Origin: an uncultured Chloroflexia bacterium
GTDB lineage: Bacteria; Chloroflexota; Anaerolineae; B4-G1; SLSP01
Length of the DNA stretch: 64,000 bases
Direction: 5' to 3'
Assembly: GCA_963751345.1 (NCBI GenBank)
Contig: CAVVUS010000037.1
Location: 96,001-160,000 of the forward strand
Of the stretch, positions 13,612 to 25,953 are shown piece after piece; the first letter of the stretch is position 1; the number at the start of each line of letters is the position of its first letter. Below the pieces are notes generated by a model. The model had not been told where the DNA came from. It saw only the letters and a list, made by a program, of their open reading frames with translations, and made no database searches. A program made the position numbers and the translations under genes.

Positions 13612-13679
13612 CGCGATGGAGGGCCAATCCGGCTTGAGAAACTAAGAGATCGCAGAATAGTCACGATAAGGAGACGTCA

Positions 13680-15762
13680 ATGAGCGCAGCAACTTCGCGG
13701 TCGGAGTCTGGACAATCTGTGCATCAACGCCATACGCTTTCTGTCGGTGGATGCCGTACAGCGAGCTGATAGCGGGCATCCCGGTCTGCCTTTGGACGCG
13801 GCACCGATGGCGTATGTGCTGTGGACTTCGTTCCTGAAACACGATCCGGCCGACCCGGACTGGTTCGATCGGGATCGATTCGTCCTTTCTGCCGGACATG
13901 GGTCGATGCTGCTGTACAGCCTCCTCCATCTGACGGGATATGATCTTTCGCTGGACGAGATCAAGCGATTTCGCCAGTGGGGGAGTAAGGCGCCGGGACA
14001 TCCCGAGTCGCTCCTCACCCCGGGGGTGGAGACAACGACAGGACCTTTGGGACAGGGATTCGCCAACGGCGTGGGTATGGCCATGGCGGAGGCGCATCTC
14101 GCGGCCCGCTACAACCGCCCCGGCTTCGATATCGTGGATCACCACACCTATGGCCTCGTAGGCGACGGGGACCTAATGGAAGGCATCTCCTCTGAGGCAG
14201 GGTCGCTGGCCGGTCACCTCAAGCTGGGCAAGCTGATCTACCTCTATGACAGCAACCACATCTCGCTGGCGGCGGCGACACACATTACCTTTACTGAGGA
14301 TGTCGCTCGTCGCTTCGATGCTTTTGGATGGTTCACCCAGCACGTCAAGGACGGAAACGATCTGGAAGCGATTTCTGAGGCTATCCAGGCGGCCAAGGAC
14401 GAGAAGGACCGCCCGTCTCTCATCGTCGTGCGCACCCACATCGGGTACGGCTCGCCGCACAAACAGGATACCTACCAAGCTCACGGTGAGCCCCTTGGCG
14501 AGGAGGAGGTCAAACTCACCAAGGAGAACCTGGGCTGGCCGAGTGACAAGGAGTTCTACGTCCCGGATGAGGTGTCGGCGCATATGCGCCGGGCCGTGGA
14601 CAAAGGGGAGCGGGCCAAGCGAGTGTGGGAAGCCCTCTTTGAGCACTATGCGGAGGCCTACCCCGATCTTGCGGCCGAGTTCCAGGGGTTGCTGCGGGGG
14701 GAACTCCCCAAAGGATGGGATGCCGACATTCCCACGTTCGAGCCGAGTCGCAAGGGGATGCGCACGCGCCGTGCGGGAAGCAAGGTGCTGAATGCGATCG
14801 CGCCCCGGCTTCCGCAGCTTGTCGGCGGCGCAGCCGACCTGGCACCCTCGACCTATACTGCGATGGAGGATCTGGGCGATTTCGAGAGCCCCAACGAAGA
14901 AGAAGGGGACCGTCAGGGATCCTTCGGCGGCGGTTGGACCTACGCCGGTCGCAACTTCCACTTCGGCGTGCGGGAGCACGCGATGGGCGGAATCCTCAAT
15001 GGCCTGGCAGCCCATGGCGGACTGCTGCCGTTTGGAGCGACCTTCCTGATCTTTTCGGACTACATGCGCCCGCCTATACGGCTGGCAGCACTTATGAAGA
15101 AGCACGTCATCTACGTTTTCACCCACGACAGCATCGGCCTGGGTGAGGATGGTCCCACCCACCAACCGGTCGAGCAGCTACCCGGACTGCGAGCGATTCC
15201 CAACCTCACGGTCATCCGACCGGGCGATGCCAACGAGGCAGTGGTCGCTTGGCGGGTGGCGGTTGAGGCTCAGGACCACCCCGTGGCGTTGATCTTCACG
15301 CGTCAGGACATCCCTATCCTCGATCGTTCGCAGCTTGCGCCGGCGGAAGGGCTTCGCCAGGGCGCCTACGTGCTGGCGGACGCACCGGAAGGCAAGCCGG
15401 CTCTGATCCTGATCGCCAGTGGCTCGGAGGTATCGCTCGTGCTCGACGCTCGCGAGCAGCTCCTGGCGCAGGGGATCGCGACACGCGTCGTGTCGATGCC
15501 GAGTTGGGAGCTCTTTGAAGCACAGCCTGAGGCTTATCGGCGGCACGTCCTGCCGCCCTCCGTCCGGGCGCGGCTCTCGGTCGAAGCTGCCTCGCCACAG
15601 GGGTGGAAGGCCTACGTGGGGGACTTGGGTGATACGCTCGGCGTCGAGCGCTTCGGCGCATCGGCACCTGGGGGCATTGTCCTTCAGGCGTATGGGTTCA
15701 GCGTCGACAACGTCGTCGCACGGGCATTGGCCGTGCTGAAGGCCATACCAGAGGAGTGGTGA
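13680..15762 (+). CDS. tkt: Transketolase (5' frameshift)
   Basis: [23 protein letters not shown] motif [32 protein letters not shown]. Confidence 0.96.
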
Positions 15763-15766
15763 AACC

Positions 15767-16225
15767 ATGATGATTATCGGCCTGGCTGCCGACCACGGTG
15801 GCTTCGAACTGAAGCAATGTCTCTATGACGATCTGCGGGCTGCCGGCTACGAAGTGATCGATTTCGGCGCCAACGATCTGCAGCCGGAGGATGACTATCC
15901 CGATTACGTGATCCCCTTGGCCCAGGCGGTGGCTCGGGGTGATCTTAGCCGGGGCATTGCCATCTGTGGTAGCGGCGTCGGCGCCTCGGTCGCGGCAAAC
16001 AAGGTGCGCGGCGTGCGCGCTTGTCTGATCCACGAGATCTATTCCGCCCACCAGGGCGTGGAAGACGATGATATGAATGTAATGTGCCTCGGCGGCCGAG
16101 TTGTTGGCTACGAGGTGGCGTGGGACCTGGTGCAAGCGTTCCTTGCGGCCCGATTCGAGCCACAGCCCCGCTTTCGCCGGCGCCTCGAAAAAGTGGCAGC
16201 ACTTGAGGCCGGCACTACGCCCTGA
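15767..16225 (+). CDS. rpiB: Ribose-5-phosphate isomerase B
   Basis: ADHGG, DDYPD, CGSGVGASVAANKVRGVRA, NVMCLGGR. Confidence 0.93.
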   Translation: MMIIGLAADHGGFELKQCLYDDLRAAGYEVIDFGANDLQPEDDYPDYVIPLAQAVARGDLSRGIAICGSGVGASVAANKVRGVRACLIHEIYSAHQGVEDDDMNVMCLGGRVVGYEVAWDLVQAFLAARFEPQPRFRRRLEKVAALEAGTTP

Positions 16226-16300
16226 GGTGGGGGACTGGAACGGTTGCACCGCTGCCGCATGGGATGACTCACAGGTGAACGGAGTATCGGGAGGGTATAA

Positions 16301-19132
16301 ATGGGCGAGAATCCATTAGTTAAGCTTCACGAATACGGCCAGAGCATCTGGCTGGACTTCCTGCGGCGGGATCTGTATACGTCGGATAAGCTACACAAAT
16401 TGATCGAAAAGGACGGGCTACGGGGCATGACCTCCAATCCCGCCATTTTCGACGAAGCCATCGCCGGCAGCCACGACTATGACGATGCGATCCGGGTGTT
16501 GGCGCTGGAGGGCAAGTCTCCGGATGAGACTTACGTCTCCCTGATGGTTGAAGATGTCCGAAGTGCCGCCGATAGTTTTCGGTCGGTCTACGATGCAGCC
16601 GGTGGGCACGACGGCTTGGTGAGCATAGAGGTCTCGCCCCAGCTTGCGTATGATACCGCAGGCACCATCGCCGAGGCGCGCCGCTTCTGGGGTATGGTGA
16701 GCAGGCCCAATATCATGATCAAAGTGCCGGCCACCTTGGAAGGCCTCCCCGCGATTCGTCAATTGCTCTCCGAGGGCATCAACGTCAACATCACACTGCT
16801 CTTCGGGCTGCCTCGCTACCGCAGAGTCGCAGAGGCCTTTGTCGCGGGACTGGAGGATCGCGTCGATGCAGGCCAGCCGATCGACCGGATCGCCTCTGTG
16901 GCCAGCTTCTTCCTCAGCCGGATCGACGTCCTCGTCGACCCCTTGCTTGAAAAGATGATGGCTGGAGGCGGCGCTGAAGCGGGTCTGGCCAGGGATCTGC
17001 ACGGGCAGGTGGCGATCAGCAGCGCGAAGATTGCCTACCAGATCTACAAGGAGGTTTTCGGAAGCGACCGCTTCAGGAAGCTGGCCGACAAGGGAGCACG
17101 TCCTCAGCGGCTGCTCTGGGCCAGCACCAGCACCAAGGACCCGGCCTACAGCGACGTGAAGTACGTCGAACCGCTGATAGGTCCGGATACGGTCAATACG
17201 CTGCCGACACAGACTCTGGATGCCTATCGAGATCACGGAAATCCGGCGTCAAGGATCGAGCAGGGGGTCGAGCAGGCTCGCACGCGACTCGACAACCTGG
17301 GGAAGCTGGGCATCAGCCTCGATGCCGTGACCCACGAGTTGGAGAATGAGGGGGCGGCAAAGTTCATCATTCCCTACAACAAGCTGATGGAGACCCTCTC
17401 GACAGCGCAGCGAACCGCCTTGTCGATGCCCCTGGACACCCAGGCCTTTGAGCTGGGAGATCAGGAGCAGCTTCTGAATCGAGGGCTCAGTGTACTCGGG
17501 ACTAAGGATTACGTGGCCCGCTTCTGGCGCAAGGACCCCAGATTGTGGAAGGACGACCTGACAGACCAGGCCGTGATCGTCGATGCCTTGGGCTGGCTGC
17601 AGGTAGCCAATCGGATGACAGAGCGAGTCCCGGAACTCACCGCGTTCGCCGCCGAAGTAGCGGAGGCCGGTTTCCAACACGTCGTGCACATGGGGATGGG
17701 CGGCAGCAGCTTGACGCCGCTGGTCTTCGAGCGCTCGCTGGCTCCCACGGGCAAGGGATTGCCCCTTACCGTCCTGGACAGCACCGATCCGGGCACAATC
17801 CTTCGCATTGCCCGCAGCGTACCGCTCGAAAAGACGCTCTTCATCGTCGCGAGCAAATCCGGCACCACCGCCGAACCCCTCGCATTCGGTGATTACTTCT
17901 ATGCCCGACTGCAAGAACTCAAGGGGGAGAAAGCCGGAGAGAACTTCGTGAGCATCACCGACGAGGGCACACCCCTGGTGGAGCTCTCACAGGAGCGAGG
18001 CTACCGGAGGGTCTTCACCAATTTCAGCGACATCGGGGGGCGCTACTCGGCCCTCTCGTATTTTGGGATGCTTCCGGCAGCACTGATGGGCTTCGATGTT
18101 GGAGATATCCTGGCGCGCGCCCTGCGGATGGCCCACGCCTGCGCGCCCGCAGTACCGGCGACACAGAATCCGGGGGTTCGTCTTGGCGCCCTAATGGGAG
18201 AGTTGGCCCGCAGTGGGCGCAACAAGGTTACCTTCCTCGCCCCGCCCGAGGCCGCGCCCCTGGGCATGTGGTTGGAGCAGTTGCTTGCCGAAAGCACCGG
18301 CAAAGAAAGCGCAGGGTTGCTGCCTGTTGCCGGCGAGGATGTCGGTGATCCCTTCGTCTATGGCAACGACCGGCTCTTTGTGCATATCCGGGTGAGGGGC
18401 AAGAGGGCCGCTTCGACTGCAGCGCTGAGCGCTCTGCGCCAGGCCGGACACCCGTTGGTCACCATCGATGTGGAGGAAATCCTCAACCTCGCCCAGGAGT
18501 TCTTCCGCTGGGAGATCGCGACGGCGGCTGCAGGCGCACTTCTCGGCATCAATGCCTTCAACCAGCCGAATGTTCAGGAGAGCAAGGACAACACGAACCG
18601 GCTTCTCGGCGTAGTCAAGGAGAAGGGATCGCTTCCCGAGGAGCACCCCGCCCTTTCCGAAGGGCCGCTCAGCCTGTACACAGAGCATCCAGGCACCAGC
18701 GTAGCCGAGACACTCGCCAAGTTCCTGGGGCAGGCGCAGCCAGGCGACTACGTGGCGCTGATGGCCTACGTCACCGAGGGCGCCGATGTCGATGAGGCGC
18801 TGCAGCGGCTGCGGCTCACCCTTCGGGACCGGCTCAAGGTGGCCACGACGGTGGGGTATGGCCCGCGCTTCCTGCACTCAACAGGCCAGTTCCACAAGGG
18901 CGGACCAAATACGGGTCTCTTCTTACAGTTGACGGCGGACGATGCCGAGGATCTGGACGTGCCCGGCCGGCCGTACAGCTTTGGCGTTCTCAAACAGGCA
19001 CAAGCCCAAGGCGATCTGGATGCGCTGCGCAGCCACGGCCGCCGGGTGATTCGCATCCATCTTGGTGAGGATATCGTCGCAGGCCTTGAGGCTCTGCGGA
19101 CAGCGATTAGTCAAGGACTAGATGAAGGATGA
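16301..19132 (+). CDS. tal-pgi: Bifunctional transaldolase / phosphoglucose isomerase
   Basis: GQSIWLD, GMTSNPAIF, MIKVPAT, LLWASTSTK, then GMGGSSL, SKSGTTAE, IGGRYSALS, GYGPRFLHSTGQFHKGG. Confidence 0.95.
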   Translation: MGENPLVKLHEYGQSIWLDFLRRDLYTSDKLHKLIEKDGLRGMTSNPAIFDEAIAGSHDYDDAIRVLALEGKSPDETYVSLMVEDVRSAADSFRSVYDAAGGHDGLVSIEVSPQLAYDTAGTIAEARRFWGMVSRPNIMIKVPATLEGLPAIRQLLSEGINVNITLLFGLPRYRRVAEAFVAGLEDRVDAGQPIDRIASVASFFLSRIDVLVDPLLEKMMAGGGAEAGLARDLHGQVAISSAKIAYQIYKEVFGSDRFRKLADKGARPQRLLWASTSTKDPAYSDVKYVEPLIGPDTVNTLPTQTLDAYRDHGNPASRIEQGVEQARTRLDNLGKLGISLDAVTHELENEGAAKFIIPYNKLMETLSTAQRTALSMPLDTQAFELGDQEQLLNRGLSVLGTKDYVARFWRKDPRLWKDDLTDQAVIVDALGWLQVANRMTERVPELTAFAAEVAEAGFQHVVHMGMGGSSLTPLVFERSLAPTGKGLPLTVLDSTDPGTILRIARSVPLEKTLFIVASKSGTTAEPLAFGDYFYARLQELKGEKAGENFVSITDEGTPLVELSQERGYRRVFTNFSDIGGRYSALSYFGMLPAALMGFDVGDILARALRMAHACAPAVPATQNPGVRLGALMGELARSGRNKVTFLAPPEAAPLGMWLEQLLAESTGKESAGLLPVAGEDVGDPFVYGNDRLFVHIRVRGKRAASTAALSALRQAGHPLVTIDVEEILNLAQEFFRWEIATAAAGALLGINAFNQPNVQESKDNTNRLLGVVKEKGSLPEEHPALSEGPLSLYTEHPGTSVAETLAKFLGQAQPGDYVALMAYVTEGADVDEALQRLRLTLRDRLKVATTVGYGPRFLHSTGQFHKGGPNTGLFLQLTADDAEDLDVPGRPYSFGVLKQAQAQGDLDALRSHGRRVIRIHLGEDIVAGLEALRTAISQGLDEG

Positions 19133-20607
19133 CACAGAAGGAAATGCTCAAACATACACGACGACCTATCTTGATCGGGCTGCTCATCGTGGCAGGACTA
19201 CTGATCGCGGGGTGCACGGCGACGCCGTCGCCCACACCTACGACCACACCGGCGCCTGCGGCGACCGAGACACCCGTACCTGAACCTACGTCCACCCCCT
19301 CGCCGGTCGCCACCGCCGAGCCGTCTGCTACGCCGGAGCCGGAAGATAGCTTCGCCATAGAGGCGGTCAAAGCGGACCTGGCCCAGAAATATGGGATCTC
19401 GACATCGACGATCTCCGTCGTGCAGACGGAACCAATCCAATGGCCCAACAGTTGTCTCGGCGTTGAACTGCCCGGAACAGCCTGCGCAATGCACGTTGTC
19501 GATGGATACCGGGTCGTGGTCAAGACCGGGGGAATCCAATACGAGTACCACACGAACGCCGACGGCAGTGAGGTCCTGGCAGCGCTGGCACTCACCTGGC
19601 ACCGCGAAGGCGGCATCGCCGGCTTCTGCAACGACCTCGTGGTTGACGTGACGGGTGAGGCCATAGCCTTCTCTTGCCAGGCGGGTCCATCTGCCGAAGT
19701 GACCCGTGAGTTGCTCTCGCTGGAGAACCGTCACCAACTGGATGCCTGGCGCATCAGTCTGCAGCCGTTTGAGTACAGCCAGACCGACTCAGCGACGGCG
19801 GATGCTATGTCTGTGCAGCTCACCTTCACCGGGTATGGGACAAAGGCAGCAACGGATACCCAGCAGGCCGACATCGCCGCCTTTGCCGGCGCAACCTACG
19901 TCAACATCGGTGGGCTACAGGGAACGGGGTCGGCAGCGGATGCCGCCGGCGCAGTCGTGGACGCATTCCTGACCGAGCTGATGGCGGATCCTGCAGGCGC
20001 GACCACGGCCCCCTACTTCAGCACGCCGCTGCAGGCCGAAATCGACGCGGGGACTCCGGTGTCCGAGCTCCTTGGCATCCCGGGGGACTTCCTCTCCTAT
20101 GGTATCGACACTAGTGAGGTGGAGAGCATTGCCAGCCGGGCCTTTGTGCAAGTAACGCTCAACTTCGTCAGCCCGATCCGGCGCGCATTCGAACTGGTTC
20201 AGGAGAACGACATCTGGAAGATCAACACCATCATCGTCTACGGTGTCCCGGATCAGGCACTGCCTACCGACATCGAGGCCGCCGATCTGGAGGTGCTGGA
20301 CCTCGTATGGGCATTGAAGACCGGCGATCTACCCTCGGTAGAGGCATTGTTGACGCCCAATGCGACAACCGAGCTGGGCGACCTGACCCAACTCATGCAA
20401 GGGGTGGACAACATCACGGCACTGACACTTCGGCTCACAGGCGTCTCAGGAGGTCAAGCGGTCTACTTGGCTACCCTGCAGGTCGATACGGCCTCAGGCG
20501 CTCCATCCTGGCAGCAGGGCACCAATCAGCGATGGATCGGCCTGACCCAGCCAAATGGGGTATGGGAAATCAACCAGATGACGTCATCGGAGCTCACGCT
20601 GCCCTAA
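19129..20607 (+). CDS. Secreted lipoprotein of unknown function (PT-rich linker, WPxxCLG domain, NTF2-like C-terminal repeats)
   Basis: Lipobox IAGC; QWPNSCLGV..C..GYRV..YEYHT motif; two segments with W-x-I ends. Confidence 0.7.
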   Translation: MTQKEMLKHTRRPILIGLLIVAGLLIAGCTATPSPTPTTTPAPAATETPVPEPTSTPSPVATAEPSATPEPEDSFAIEAVKADLAQKYGISTSTISVVQTEPIQWPNSCLGVELPGTACAMHVVDGYRVVVKTGGIQYEYHTNADGSEVLAALALTWHREGGIAGFCNDLVVDVTGEAIAFSCQAGPSAEVTRELLSLENRHQLDAWRISLQPFEYSQTDSATADAMSVQLTFTGYGTKAATDTQQADIAAFAGATYVNIGGLQGTGSAADAAGAVVDAFLTELMADPAGATTAPYFSTPLQAEIDAGTPVSELLGIPGDFLSYGIDTSEVESIASRAFVQVTLNFVSPIRRAFELVQENDIWKINTIIVYGVPDQALPTDIEAADLEVLDLVWALKTGDLPSVEALLTPNATTELGDLTQLMQGVDNITALTLRLTGVSGGQAVYLATLQVDTASGAPSWQQGTNQRWIGLTQPNGVWEINQMTSSELTLP

Positions 20608-20630
20608 GCGATCTGGGCGAGCTACGCGAT

Positions 20631-21423
20631 ATGGCGGGAAAGGACAGGGCGGAGCACTTCGTATGGCCTCCGTATGTCGCCGAGTTCATCGGAACCGCGC
20701 TGCTGGTTCTCGTCGGCCTGTCAGTCGTGATCCTGAACTTCGGAAACGGCAGTCCGGTCGCCCGGCTGATCCCTAGTGCGGGGGCACGCCGGGCGATCAC
20801 AGGCTTTCTCTTTGGCTCGACGGGCGGCCTCATCGCGATCTCGCCGATCGGCAAGGAGAGTGGTGCGCATATCAACCCGGTCGTCACACTCGCGTTCTGG
20901 CTGATGGGCAAGTTCCGGGGCCGGCACGCTGCCAGCTACGTCGTGGCGCAGTTGGCGGGTGGTATCGTAGGGGCACTTCCGCTGCTGGCCTGGGGAGCGA
21001 TGGGGCGCAGTATCGAGTTTGGCGCGACGCTGCCGGGGCCGAGCGTGGGCCCCGGCATTGCGGTGCTTGGGGAGATCGCCACGACCCTGGCGTTGATCGT
21101 CGGGCTCTTTCTCTTTGTCCGACATCGCCGCCTCCGGGCTTTCACACCGGCGCTCTTCCCGTTTCTGTACGCCGCTATGGTCTTCCTGGAGGCGCCGCTT
21201 TCCGGGAACGAGCACCAATCCGGCGCGCAGCCTTGGCCCCGAAGTGGTATCGGGTGTGTGGCACGACTGGTGGATCTACTGGCTCGGCCCCCTGACCGGT
21301 ATGCTGATCGGGGTCGCGCTCTTTCGATTCACCTGGTTGCGACGGGTCGAGATCGACGTGGTCAAGCTCTTCCATTTCGATTACGACCCACACCGCATAT
21401 TCCGCCAGGATGGAGGGAACTGA
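20631..21423 (+). CDS. MIP/aquaporin channel (frameshift near 21205)
   Basis: AEFIGT, SGAHINPVVT, and TNPARSLGP..WWIYWLGP in the shifted frame. Confidence 0.88.
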
Positions 21424-21473
21424 CGCGCCCCACATAGCACTTACCTATTCGATGATGAGTGAGGAGACACAGG

Positions 21474-22290
21474 ATGGAAGGACTCAAGGACAAGAGAGTG
21501 TTGGTTACCGGAGCCACCTCGGGCATCGGGCAGGCGATTGCGGTTCGCTTTGCCGCCGAGGGCGCCCACGTGGGGATCAACTACTACTCGGACGAGGGAT
21601 TAGTGGAGACGGACTACCGCGTGGAGGAGGCGGTTGAGGAGTGCCGCAAGCGCGTGGCCGAGATGGGCGTGGACTACGTCCTGGTGCAGGCCGATATCTC
21701 CAAGGAGGATGACGTGAAGCATCTGTTTGCAGAGGTCATCCGAGAACTCGGCGGCGTAGATATCCTCATCAACAACGCCGGGATACAGATCCCGGGGGAT
21801 TCGGACAAGGTCGATCTGAGCGACTTCGACCGGGTGGTCGGCGTCAACCTTAGAGGTGCGTACCTTTGCGCGCGCGAGGCGCTGCAGCACTTCCTGGCAG
21901 AGGACAAGCCGGGGATCATCATCAATGTCTCCAGCGTCCACCAGATCATCCCCAGGCCGCACTATATCAGTTACTCGATCAGCAAGGGCGGCATGCAAAA
22001 CATGACGCGCACGCTGGCGCTGGAATATGCGGATCGCGGCATCCGGGTCAACGGGATCGGCCCGGGGGCCACCGCAACGCCCATTAACCGGGACTGGGTG
22101 AATGATCCCGAGAAACGGGCCGAGGTCGTGCAGCATATCCCTGTTGGGCGTGTGGGGACGCCTGAGGAGATGGCTGCCATCACGGCGTTCCTCGCGTCCG
22201 ACGACGCGTCCTACATCACAGGGCAGACGCTCTTCGTCGACGGCGGGACTGACGTTATTTGCTGACTTCCGCACGCCGTGGTCAGGCTAA
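21474..22290 (+). CDS. Glucose 1-dehydrogenase-like SDR (3' frameshift)
   Basis: TGATSGIG, NNAGIQ, SSVHQIIP, YSISKGG, TPIN, YITGQTLFVDGG. Confidence 0.85.
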
Positions 22291-22314
22291 GCCGTTCGAA
22301 GATTAGGAGTTCAT

Positions 22315-24760
22315 ATGGGCACAGATGACAACTACGCGCCTGGTTGGCCGGGTATCGAGCCGCGCTGGACGTCCAGCGCGAAGAGCGGCGTCGGCACTTC
22401 GCTCAGTCTGGAGAGCCGGGTGTGGTTCACCACGAGTCACGGCATCCTGGATGAGATCTACTATCCTCGGGTGGACCAGGCCTGCACGCGAGATTTGGGC
22501 TTGATCGTGACTAACGGATCCGATTTCTTCTCGGAGGAGAAACGGGATACCCGTCACGAAGTCTCGTACATTGCCCCGGGTTGCCCCGCCTATAAGCTCG
22601 TCAACACGTGCGAACAGGGGCGGTACGCCATCGAAAAAGAGATCCTGGCTGATCCAACTTACGATGTGGTCCTACAACGGATCAAGTTCACGCCGTTGAA
22701 GGGATCACAGGAAGACTACCACCTATACGTCCTGCTGGCCCCTCACCTTGGTAATCGAGGGGCAGGCAACACTGCGTGGCTCGGGGACTACAAAGGTGTG
22801 CCCATGCTGTTCGCCGAACGTGACGGCAACGCCCTGGCCCTCGCGTGCTCTGCCCCGTGGGTCAAGCGATCGGCCGGTTTCGTCGGCACCTCAGATGGGT
22901 GGCAAGATCTGCATCGCCATAAGCAAGATGACGTGGACCTATGACAGGGCGGAGAACGGCAATGTCGCCCTGATCGGCGAGATCGATCTGCACGGGGCCG
23001 GGGATACGTTCATCCTAGCGCTGGGTTTTGGCCTCAATGACGCAGAAGCAGGCTATCGAGCCCTGGCCAGCCTGTACAAGGGCTTTGATTCGGCACGCGC
23101 GGCCTACATCGACGAGTGGCAGCAGTGGCAGCAGGGCCTGATGGACCTGGACAAGTCCGATGCAGGGAAGATGAGCCTCTATCGAGTCAGCACCGCAGTG
23201 ATGCGCACCCACGGGGCAAAGCGTTTCCGCGGCGGACTGATGGCCAGCCTGTCCATCCCGTGGGGTTTTTCCAAGGGGGACGACGACCTGGGCGGCTATC
23301 ATCTGGTGTGGCCGCGCGACCTGGTGGAGATCGGTGGGGGGCTGCTGGCTGCCGGCGCCCTCGACGAAGCCGGAAGCATCCTCGAGTATCTGCGGGTGAC
23401 GCAGGAACTCGACGGGCACTGGCCGCAGAACATGTGGATTAACGGCACGCCATATTGGACCGGCGTGCAGATGGATGAGACGGCCTTCCCCATCCTGTTA
23501 GTGGACCAGGCCCGCCGTGAAAAGGCTCTCCATAGGGATCTGGACCACTACTGGCCGATGGTCCGCCGGGCTGCAGGCTATCTGGTCTGCAACGGTCCCG
23601 TCACCCAGCAAGACCGCTGGGAAGAGGACCCCGGCTACTCCCCCTTCACGCTGGCGGTTGAGATCGCCGCGCTATTGGCGGCCGCCGATTTGGCGGAGCT
23701 CCAAGGCGATGAGACAGCAGCAGCCTATCTGCGTGAGACGGCAGATAGCTGGAATGACAGTGTTGAGAAATGGACCTACGCCACGGGAACCGACCTGGCA
23801 CAGGAGGCGGACGTGGAGGGATATTACGTCCGAATCGCGCCGCCGGAGGAAGCAGCGGCAGGCTCACCTGCCGAAGGATTCGTGCCGATCAAGAACCGGC
23901 CGCCCGGCCAGAGCGCCGAGGCCGCTACCCAGATCGTCAGCCCCGATGCGCTGGCCCTGGTCCGATTCGGGCTGAGAGGTCCAGATACGGCCGAGATCGC
24001 CAACACCGTCAAGGTAATCGATCAATTACTTAAGGTGGAGACCCCGACAGGTCCGGCATGGCACCGCTACAACGATGATGGTTACGGCGAGCACGAGGAT
24101 GGCGCGCCCTTTGACGGCACAGGGACAGGTCGCGCCTGGCCGCTGCTGACCGGTGAGCGGGCCCACTACGAACTGGCTGCCGGACGGAAGGATGAAGCCG
24201 AGCGCCTCCTGAATGTGTTGGCGTCGTTCGCAAGCAATGGTGGGATGCTGCCCGAACAGGTGTGGGACGCGCCCGACATTCCCGAGCGGGGTCTCTTCTT
24301 CGGGAGACCTTCCGGGTCGGCTATGCCGCTGGCGTGGGCGCACGCCGAGTACGTCAAGCTCTGTCACTCACTCAAGGATGGCCAGGTCTTCGATATGCCG
24401 CCACAGACCGTCCAGCGCTACCAGATCGACGAGACGCACTCCCCGCGCTCAATCTGGCGCTTCAACAACAAGAGCCGCGTCATTACTGCAGGGCTGATGC
24501 TCCGAGTGGAGGTTCTGAGCCCCGCGGAGGTGCAGTGGAGCTCGGATGGCTGGAAAACGGTCCAGAAGGTCGCGACGCAGGATACCGGGCTGGGCATCTA
24601 CTTCGCCGATCTGCCTGCGGACAAGCTAGCTGCCGGCGATACGATCGCCTTTCGCTTCCTATGGCATGACGAACAGAACGAGCAGAGCTCGACGTTCACC
24701 GTGCAGGTCGTGGACTCGACCAAGGGATCCGAATCCAAGTTGCTTGCTGCCGATCAGTAG
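22315..24760 (+). CDS. GH15 glucan 1,4-alpha-glucosidase (glucodextranase N-domain, catalytic domain, CBM-like tail); frameshift near 22920
   Basis: APGWPGIEPRWTSSAK, GGYHLVWPRDL, TQQDRWEE, GRAWPLLTGERAHYE, LPEQVWD, AMPLAWAHAEY. Confidence 0.92.
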
Positions 24761-25878
24761 CGGATTGAGACGGGAGTTCCGATATCGACCCAATCGTAGA
24801 GCAGCCTGGCCTCCTCGGTCCCCAACACGACGCAGCCATAGGAGACCGGTGTGCCCAGATAGCCCGCCCAGAGGGTCTGGCCGTTGGACAGGATCGGGAG
24901 AGCATGAATCCCGTTCTCCGTCGACCCGGCCCAATAGATGCCCAGCCACCACGGCATCCAGAGATCCCAGGCCGAACCATAGGCATTGGGAATCTTGCTC
25001 TGGATCCGGAACTCGCCCGCGGCGGTGTAAGACGGCGCCGCGCCCGTCGAGGCCACAAACGAATAGACCAGCTGGTCGCCCTGATAGGCGTAGAGATGCT
25101 GCTCCGATAGGCTGACGATGATGAGCTTGCCCTCGCCGGAGACGACAGGCGCCGTCCCGGCGAGACGTAGCACCTGACCAACGTAGATCTGTGAGGGATT
25201 GGCGATCCCATTCAGTTGCGCGATCACGGCCACCGTGGTTCCGGTCCGCGCCGCGATTTGCGTCAGCGTGTCGCCATGTTGCACGGTGTAGGTCTCAGCG
25301 TCGACAGCGATCTCCGGCGTCGCCGTGACCTCAGGGGTCGCCGTCGCCTCACCGGAAGTCTCGGCGGGCGAGGGTGGCGAGATCGGCTCGGGCAGCACCA
25401 GCTCCTGACCGGCATAGATCGGGCTCCAGCTTGTGAGTCCATTCTCACGCATAAGAGCCCAGATCGAGACCCGGACCCTGGCGGCAATGCCGCTCAACGT
25501 ATCTCCTGGCTGTACCAGATATGAGCGAGCATCCAGGCCGGGCATAGCCGGCGTCGGGACCGGCGTTGGCTCGGACGGCGTTGGCTCGCCTGGCGCCGAT
25601 CCGTCCGATGGAGGCGTCAGCGGCGCCTGCGGCGCCGTCGTAGTCGTCGCGCCGGGAATCACCAGCCGCTGCCCAACGTAGATATAGACCGTAGTCAGAC
25701 CGTTGGCCGCCATAATCTCGTTCACGGTGGTCCCGTAGTAGAGAGCGATGCGGAAGAGGTTTTCACCTGCCTGGACGGTATGGGTGACGGTCTCCTGCGC
25801 GCGGACCGGACGGCCGAGCGCCATACAGGCGAGCAGAATCAGTGACAACAGGGCAGCGCTGAGATGTCTACGTCGCAT
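24754..25878 (-). CDS. Secreted 3x LysM + YkuD L,D-transpeptidase
   Basis: Signal peptide; three LysM repeats (e.g. HTVQAGENLFRIA); GIHA...SYGCV catalytic motif. Confidence 0.9.
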   Translation of the reverse strand: MRRRHLSAALLSLILLACMALGRPVRAQETVTHTVQAGENLFRIALYYGTTVNEIMAANGLTTVYIYVGQRLVIPGATTTTAPQAPLTPPSDGSAPGEPTPSEPTPVPTPAMPGLDARSYLVQPGDTLSGIAARVRVSIWALMRENGLTSWSPIYAGQELVLPEPISPPSPAETSGEATATPEVTATPEIAVDAETYTVQHGDTLTQIAARTGTTVAVIAQLNGIANPSQIYVGQVLRLAGTAPVVSGEGKLIIVSLSEQHLYAYQGDQLVYSFVASTGAAPSYTAAGEFRIQSKIPNAYGSAWDLWMPWWLGIYWAGSTENGIHALPILSNGQTLWAGYLGTPVSYGCVVLGTEEARLLYDWVDIGTPVSIRY

Positions 25879-25953
25879 AGAGGACTCCTCAAAGCAGCAC
25901 GATGATTGACGTCCAAACGTCTCTAGTGGATAGTTAAGCCGATTCCTAAGATC

